A DNA stretch of 64,000 nucleotides. Source: Lenisia limosa (lineage: Eukaryota; Protista; Breviatea). The notes beneath the pieces were generated by a model. It was not told the DNA's origin, ran no database searches, and saw only the letters and a program-made list of their open reading frames with translations. The stretch is from the NCBI GenBank assembly GCA_001655205.1, contig LPNZ01010005.1, positions 1 through 64,000 of the forward strand, in the 5' to 3' direction. The translations under genes and the position numbers were made by a program. Of this stretch, positions 56,993 through 64,000 are shown piece by piece. Numbering within the stretch: the first letter of the stretch is position 1; the number at the start of each line of letters is the position of its first letter.

Positions 56993-59354
56993 ATAGCCGC
57001 GCGTCTTGAAACGGCTCTTTCACATATTCCAATGGGTAGTATCCAGGGAAAACCCATTCCAAAAGACCAAATCAATCTTCGAAAAGCACTGAGGAAGTGA
57101 GGTTTTTTTTTTTGTGTTCTATTCTGATATTTCTTCAGAGACAACAAACATCAGCTTGACGTTTTCTTTGAGAAACTGGAGAATGTCCTGACATCTCTTC
57201 CTTTAACACCCAATAACCCAACACATGCACCCAACACTTCCCCTCCTTCATCTCCTGTGTCCACACTCAATTTACCTCCGTCTTCTTCCTGCCCAAGCCA
57301 AATAGAAAACCTTCCCCCAAACAACACTGTCCCTAGCACCACCCCAAATGACCCCCTACCACCGCTTGGTCAGTCACGGATGCAAGAGTCCCAAATGGTC
57401 CAACTTACCGAGCCTGTTGATGACGTGTCATTTGATGAATCCCAAATGGAGGCTGAATCTGATACGGAGCCGGAGGAGACTGTTCCAGATCCGTTACAAG
57501 GCTTCAAAGGTCTAATCTTTCCCAGTGAAGGATTTCATGTTGTTAACCCTATTTCAGGTTTGCAGCTACATTATTGTTATGGTCTTCACAATTTAGCTCC
57601 CAAACTCCAATCCCCTGCTCCGAAGCCAAGCTACCTGTTTTTGTCGAAATTTGTTGCCACTAAGAAACGTAAGATAAGATTAGCGATAATGACCATTCTA
57701 GCCTATTCAGCTTTTTGCCAGACTTCCGATAAAGGGCCTATTGTCGTTGTCCTCCTTACACACTCCGGAGGGGTTCTCACTCTGCTGTTCCACCAGAATT
57801 TGGGTTGGCAAGGATTGTGTATCGTTTTTGGAAAGGTTCTATCTCTATCGTAGTTTGGTTGACTCCACAGGTTGCCGACTTCTGAATGTTCCCAGCAAAG
57901 ATGCAAGATATGATCCCAAAAACCCAAGTGAATTCCTGAACGTTTGTCGTTGCTATTTCCAACGAGTGTCACCTTTTAGAGCTTTATGCGACAGCCAAGT
58001 TCAACAAAGTGGATAGAAATTGTTCAGGTTGGGCTAATATAAAAATTGCTTATCAACCTTCTTATTACTTAATTAACCAGGATAAGTGTTGTACCCCATT
58101 GAGACGTCTTGAGATGTCTATTATTGTCAACACTCACAGAATCGCCCTTCTGACAACATCAGCATCTTCAACCCAAGGTTTGGTTGCTCTTTGATAGTAT
58201 TCATTAGACGCCATTTATATTGTTTAGGAGACGCCATGATTGCCCACTCAGAAAACTCGCACGCCTTTTCAAAGTTTTGTCATGTTGGTGGTTATTGATA
58301 TTATATGGTGTTTGAATTTTAGTTTGACCGAATATTTAGATTATGGGGGAGTCAGTGCCCCTCAGGAAGAACAAAAAGAAGTTTATTGCGAACCTTGACA
58401 CATCAGGTAGATAGGGTGCTTTTCTTGAGTATATGAACTTAATGGTGGTGTCAAATATTATCTCCAGCGTGACCAACTATTGTAATTTACCACTTTTACT
58501 CTGAAGATCGTCTGCTTGACGGGCCCTCAGCGTACTTCCGAACTCACAACAGCTCCGAAGTGGGCTTTTACTGCCCTAGTATCATGCCTGCAGGAAATAC
58601 GGACACTTTAGTGGGCCAAATCCGAGTATTATCAACTTTTTATTTCATGAAAGACACAAGGTTGAAACAAGCTCTGATGATTGAATCCCCTAACTAATGG
58701 CATTGCGTACAGCTATCCAGATAATGTCTAATACAACTAGGTTCGAAGGCAGTCACATGTTGGTCAAAGTCTCACAGTGATTGTTTTTGATGAGCGTCCC
58801 AATTACTCCCCTCTTCTTCCTGATCAGATTCTACTCTCCAAAAACTGTTGGTGCCTGGGTATCTTGCAGTATTGACCCACTCTTAGATCTTTTGATCGTT
58901 GTTCGACCCAATTCTGATCTCACTCGTGCTGAAGTTTGGCTAAGCTGTAGAAAACACGGCAATTATTCCCTTCCGTCACCCAAAATTGAGGGTTATGGAG
59001 TTTGTGGCTCCTTTCCATTCATTTTTCCCTGCAATATTTATGATTGATTCTCCTTCCTCTAATTAACACTCATAGTTTGATGGAGAGCTCCGCAATTTCA
59101 TTCTTGATACTTCTATTGTGTTTGAGAGGAATGTCTTGGCCCAAATTACAAACGCCGAAAGTATGCTGTTTATTTCCTTGCGACTTATTTCATTAGAAGG
59201 CACACCTGCATGGGGACGAGGGCTTCTCAATAAGGCAGCAATGCTCACGGTTTGTGAATATTTGTACATTGGACTGTAGTTAATGAACATACTCACCTCT
59301 TAGGCTCTTGAAGAAATGGGATATAACAAGAGGTTGAAAAAGAAGTCACGATAG
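56993..59354 (+). CDS. Protein with Pro/Ser-rich linker and C-terminal divergent Rap/Ran-GAP domain
   Basis: Spliced C-terminus SIINFLFHERHK-VRRQSHVGQSLTVIVFDERPNYSPLLPDQILLSKN-YLLIVVRP...SLPSP...DGELRNFILDTSIVFERN aligns by eye to Rap1GAP EIMFHV...RKRHIGNDIVAIIFQE..PFVPDMIASNFLHAYIVV...PLPSP...EFREFLLTKLTNAEN. Stop TAG 59352-54. One mid-gene splice (57670-57850) was not resolved. Confidence 0.68.
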
Positions 59355-59695
59355 GTGCATTTTTGTTCTACAGGTCTTTTTTTGTATTGTTTCTTAAGTT
59401 CCAAGTTCTATCGTTCAGTTTCTTTATGTATCCTTATATCACCTAGTTCGTGAGAATCGAGAGATTTCAATGCTTACAAATTCAAATAGTATAATAAATG
59501 CGCCAAATACTGTACAAGAAGGGGGCCTCATCAAAAGAGAATCTTTGAGATATGAATTACTGTTCGAGCTGGAACCTTGGAGTCTACCAAAAAAACTAAA
59601 AATACATCACACAAGGAAACAAACATACAACCATAGCAGTCGAACTCAATGTGATAAGTCCCACTTTGGGAGCGTTTTCAGGCAAAGTGGAGGCT

Positions 59696-60655
59696 CTACT
59701 CAGTCTTGGCAATCTTGGCAGGAGGCTGGCCCTCAGGCTGGCCTTCTGCAGGCTTCTTCGCAGACTCCTCTGATTTGGGCACTGCCTGCTCGACCTTCTC
59801 AATCAACGCCGCTAAAGTGTGAGGTGAGTGCAATGAGCCCCAGGCTACGTATAAAAGCCAATCAGAAAGGACAACAAGGAACGTGGTTGTCATATTCCTT
59901 TTTCAAAAACAGGAAACGCTCATACAAGATGGACTTACTATATCATAAAGTTGGGAGCACTGAGAGAAATAAAGAGTTCAAAAGTCACAATATAAAAGAC
60001 AATGCTAATTGTGGACCCATCATTTGAAACAACAACACCAATACATTTTTGATGCTCTACAGTATACTCTCACTGAAGTCACCTCCACCTACTTGGTTCA
60101 TCACCTCCTTCCTGCAAAAACTTTTGATAGTACTCATCGTTCGACCATACTAAAAGGTCAGAAAAGGGGTCTTCGTCAAACTAAATCTGTTACCCCCCTG
60201 CTATTCTTCAAATGAGTTCACGCAACCTCAAATCAAAGCGGCATTCCCCCTCAAAAATATGATCCCACTAACATGCAACACCAGCGCTTTCACTGAGATT
60301 CTTAGGTCTCGCTACATTAACATGGAGGGTTCTTCCATACAGTTCACCCTTATCCATGTTGTCAACTGCAGCTTCAGCGTCCTCTTTGCTCTCATAAGTA
60401 ACAAAAGCGAAGCCCTTGTGCTCTCCTAAAGGTGTTACTCAAAGATTTGGATTTTGAATTATACAAAAACGTTACACTGACCGGATTTGGCGTCTGTGGG
60501 GAGCTCCAGTGAGAGGATATCACCAAAAGGAATAAAAGCAGCCCTCACGTCGTGCTCTTTCAGCTTATCGGCTAAACCACCTATTGAGTGAGATGAATTA
60601 CTCACGTAAACGGACACATACCGACATAGAGCACTCTTTTATCTGTTTTCATCAT
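59696..60655 (-). CDS. PPIE/Cyp33-type RRM protein lacking the cyclophilin domain
   Basis: KRVLYVG-GLADKLKEHDVRAAFIPFGDILSLELPTDAKS-EHKGFAFVTYESKEDAEAAVDNMDK-ELYGRTLHVNVARP ... VWSNDEYYQKF; ends in a low-complexity tail ...PAKIAKTE*. Confidence 0.85.
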
Positions 60656-60780
60656 CTTGGAAAGCTTATTTTTGGTATTATATACTTTAAACAGTTAAAG
60701 GTTCTAACACGTGCAATATGTATTACGGTTTAGAAGAGATTATCCAGATTATCTGATTTTTGAAAATTGTTTTAGATTCT

Positions 60781-60854
60781 CTCCTGGGGGCCTTATATGA
60801 GGCCATTATTCCAAGTTTTCAGAGCTTCTATGGCCTTTTATGACCACCAGAGAG
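60781..60854. repeat. Imperfect ~75-bp palindrome in a 203-bp divergent intergenic region
   Basis: CTCCTGGGGGCCTTATATGAGGCCAT ... ATGGCCTTTTATGACCACCAGAGAG; the arms pair imperfectly and end 4 nt before the transporter ATG. Confidence 0.5.
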
Positions 60855-60858
60855 TACC

Positions 60859-62462
60859 ATGAGTGAAAAAGCAGTTCCTACTCTCTTTGGGTTGCCCCTT
60901 GGGCTCGTAATTGCGGCGTTCTATGGTTGGTAGCAGTTATCTTGTTTGAACGTGCCTCTTTACCTTTCGCAGGTATCGTCTCGATTATGATCACATTCTT
61001 CAACAAGGCTGTTTTTGCCACCTTCGAATTCAAGTCCGCGAACATGTTGACACTTGGACAGGTATATTTGCTGTTGCTATTACTACCGTTAGCAAGGATC
61101 TCTTGTTCTCTCCTTTGAAATTTTTCAAAGCATCTGTTGAGAAACTTAATGATAGATGTGGTGTGAAGTTGGGCGGTTTTGACCGTGTAGATGCTTGTGG
61201 CATGGGCTGGTCTTCTTCTCCTTCGTCTCTTCAAGTTTGTTGAGTTCCCAGGTTTCAACCGCGACTTCGCCATGAAGGTGAGCTACAGGCACTTTCAATG
61301 ACACAATAGGTTCTTCCCCTTTGCATCTCATTCCTTCTCATGGTCATCACCGGACTCGGTGCACTCAAGTATCTCAACATTCCGATGTTCTCGTGAGGGG
61401 CTCTTTGGCGGTTTATTAGAAGAAATAGCCAATATACTACATGAATAGGGAAACATTGACGTCTTCAGACCCTTCTGGTCTTTTTTGTTAGAATTGTGTT
61501 TGGAGGGGGAGCCTTCTCATTTTCAATTCTTCTGTTATTTTGACGGTTGAATTGACAGTGTTTTAGAGCCCTTCGCCGCCTGACCACGTTCATGGTCATT
61601 GGCGGAGAGTTTGCCATTCTCGGAAAGATCATCCCAGGAAATGAGTTCTTCAGCATTTGTGTCATGATTGGAGGTTAGCTTGCTTAGTAAGAAGTTAACT
61701 GGAGCCTTTAGGAGCCACACTGGCCGGGTTCACTGATTTGACGTTCTCAATGATCGGATACGTTCTTGTGTTCCTCAACTGTCTTGTCACTGCTCTCTAT
61801 TTGGTTTTCATCAGGAAGGCCGGAGAGGCAACGGTGGGTGGATTAAGATGCAATTTCCGTTGCTTACGCACTAGAAAATGAACAGTTTCGGACTGATGTA
61901 CTACAACAACGTGATTTCTGCTCCGTTGATGTTCGTCCTGGTTTCCTTTACCGGTAAGAGAACTTTCATGCTTCTACCTCCCCCCCCCCCCTTTTTTTTT
62001 TNNNNNNNNNNNNNNNNNNNNNNNNNNNNNNNNNNNNNNNNNNNNNNNNNNNNNNGAGTACATCAGTCACCCTGGATTCATTGTAGGCGGTGATGGGGGT
62101 GTTCTTCTCACAATGTAGATTTGCTTCCTTGGCTCATGCTTCTTTGCACTTCTTCTCAACTTCTCTGTTTTCCTCTGTACTACCTACAACTCTGCGCTCG
62201 TAACTTCTGTGACCGGTTTGTGGACTGGTTATGTTGCCCCAAACTAACAGAGCAGGTCAGATCAAGAACATTTTGACAACCCTTGTTGGACTTTTCGCCT
62301 TTGGAGACGTTATCTTTGGTAAGGCAACTCTCTTTTCACGCTCACTTTCAAGATGCCATGAATTTAGTTGGACTTTTCATCTCCACTATTGGCTCATTGC
62401 ACTACGCATTCATCAAATTCCAACAACAACAGGCTCGCTTAAATGCAAAGCCGGAAAACTAA
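60859..62462 (+). CDS. Nucleotide-sugar transporter, SLC35D/TPT family
   Basis: ITFFNKAVF; GLGALKYLNIPMFS-ALRRLTT; GFTDLTFSMIGY; FGLMYYNNVISAP; LLNFSVFLCTTYNSALVTSVTG-QIKNILTT; MNLVGLFISTIGSLHYA. Confidence 0.93.
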
Positions 62463-62574
62463 TGGTATTTAATTTTGTACAAATATACGACATGGATATT
62501 TTCACAGTTTACAATACTACACAGAAACATACCTAAAACAACTAAAATACAAACATAAGGTACCATAAAAATGT

Positions 62575-64000
62575 CATGAAGCGTGAGTGTACGTTTCTTC
62601 ACTTCCTTGATTCCACATTATCTCTAAATAGTAAGCTGCAGGAACACAGTTCATCAGCGTAAAGCAAGTGACCCACCTTGATCAGAGTCGTGCTTGGCGA
62701 TTTTTTTAAAGGCGACAGCAGGGCCTCTTGGGGACTTCCGATCGCGCGGTGACGGCAACTAAACTGTCACTTTTTTCGACTTATTGATCAAATTTAGGAG
62801 GAGTTTACCAAAGTATGGGGTCCTAGATGTAATAATTTTTCAACTGGTATTTCTATCGAGTGAAAAGTTGTCAGAAAAAAACTGGACAGACTGAAAAGTA
62901 CCGATTGCTTTTTGAGATTCCAGTCGCCTTAAGGCTACTGGACTTCAAAAATTTTCTTGGTTTCCCCATTGTGATCATTTCTTCTGCTGAAAGGAATGCT
63001 GGCGTGGTCGTAAAGACAAAATAAATCAAATATGTTTATTCTGGTGTGATTATTATTATTATTATTATAATCCATATTCACAGGAAGTTGTTCTTCCAAC
63101 TGACTGGTATGAGGTAAAAAATGTTGTTTCTCTCGAGACAAAATGAAACTCCTTAAAAAAAGTTGGATACAAAAAAAAAAAAAAAANNNNNNNNNNNNNN
63201 NNNNNNNNNNNNNNNNNNNNNAGAATGGAACCAATCTCAGGTCCCCATCCATGTAATATAGTATGTATATAACTCCTTCAATATCAAAGGAGGGGGTCAC
63301 AAAGCTCAACGTGCATTACAATAATCAGCCACAAACCCTCGGCGAGATCTGACTGAGCTGATGAGCCGTATTGGGGTGGCTGCCCTGCAGAAACGCAAAG
63401 GGCGGTGGCGACTGGTGCGATCTATGGGGGGACGGCGACCGGCGGCTTGGTGAGGCAGCCCGGTTGTACGGGTCAATTGGCCGGGAGTGCGGCGCTGACT
63501 GCGGCCGTCGCCGCCGCGTGCTTTCGGGGGTGCAGGCTGGGCGATTAAAGATACAAGGGATGATGTTGGGTAGACTTGTAATCAACTCTCAGCTTACAAG
63601 CAGAACTGGAGGGTGGAGGTGATGGGGAGCGAGATTTGGCTGAACTTGGCCTTGGCGGTGGGACTATAAACGTGAGCCAATATTCAGTGCGTGAGTTCAT
63701 ATGCAACAAGAGGGACGCAGCATACCCGAAAGCATGGGCTCAGGAGACGCAGAGGAGCAACGCTGAACCTTGGCAGTTATAAACAACTTATCGTATTTGG
63801 CCTTTGAAACAAACCAAACCTTGGGTAGGGGCAGCATGGGAGGTCGGCTAGATGAGAGGAGAGATGCCGTGTCAAACTGAAATGTTAGGATAGAGAACTT
63901 CGGAGTTCAGTTGCTATCTTGCTTGTGTGTATGGGGGGAGGGAGGGATAAATAATACATGATAATTACAACACGTTTGGATACGTTTAGAGCCCCCCCCC
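62575..64000 (-). CDS. Ser/Pro/Arg-rich, largely disordered protein; 5' end outside the window, 3' end tentative
   Basis: GT-AG-bounded exons FDTASLSSSSRPPMLPLPK, VQRCSSASPEPMLS, VPPPRPSSAKSRSPSPPPSSSA, TPESTRRRRPQSAPHSRPIDPYNRAASPSRRSPSPHRS. Confidence 0.45.

Noticed and set aside
57700-59354. Degenerate transposon or viral ORF (initial impression from stop-rich frames)
   Set aside because: The region parses into short exons with the local branch-point/acceptor signature and yields a RapGAP-like domain.
59696-60655. Loss of the cyclophilin domain from PPIE as a novelty
   Set aside because: RRM-only Cyp33-like proteins are already known in several non-animal eukaryotes.
1-64000. Stop-codon reassignment to explain the many short ORFs
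   Set aside because: In-frame stops disappear when GT-AG introns are removed, and conserved genes end at the expected place with TAA (CTF8), TAG (myosin, GPHR) and TGA (ZIP).

Overview
Gene-dense, intron-rich nuclear DNA from a protist, in a draft assembly with many N gaps. It is probably a free-living amorphean (amoebozoan or obazoan) flagellate; this is inferred from a MyTH4-FERM myosin and an LRRC23-like gene and is not secure. The code is standard (genes end in TAA, TAG and TGA). Introns are GT-AG, mostly about 25-110 nt, so the ORF track shows only fragments and all gene models here were spliced by hand. About 19 protein genes can be assembled: CTF8, a coiled-coil protein, a TPR+SGNH hydrolase, a DUF4870-like membrane protein, an HSL-family lipase, a 13-kb class VII/XXII-type myosin, FANCE-like, a STIG1-like-repeat surface protein, a CS/HSP20-like protein, eIF3K, LRRC23-like, uridine kinase, a large LRR protein, a ZIP zinc transporter, GPHR/GTG1, PIG-C, a coiled-coil/RapGAP-domain region, a PPIE-type RRM protein, an SLC35D-type transporter and a partial Ser/Pro-rich gene. 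There is also a tRNA-Pro(AGG) inside a myosin intron next to an unidentified decayed coding element, a Tc1/mariner relic, probable MITEs or hairpins, and several intronic tandem repeats. The most notable observations are: (i) near-fixed spacing between branch point and 3' splice site (YTNAC-N4/5-YAG/AAG), with introns down to 28 and possibly 24 nt; (ii) a RapGAP domain with Gln at the catalytic Asn-thumb position; (iii) an HSL lipase with Cys at the catalytic Asp position; (iv) a myosin neck of about 9 IQ motifs plus an SAH; (v) a PIG-C with a long disordered, Zn-ribbon-like N-terminal extension; (vi) the tRNA-adjacent element; (vii) a surface protein with a FRAS1/FREM-like module. No database searches could be run; family calls rest on motifs recognised by eye.
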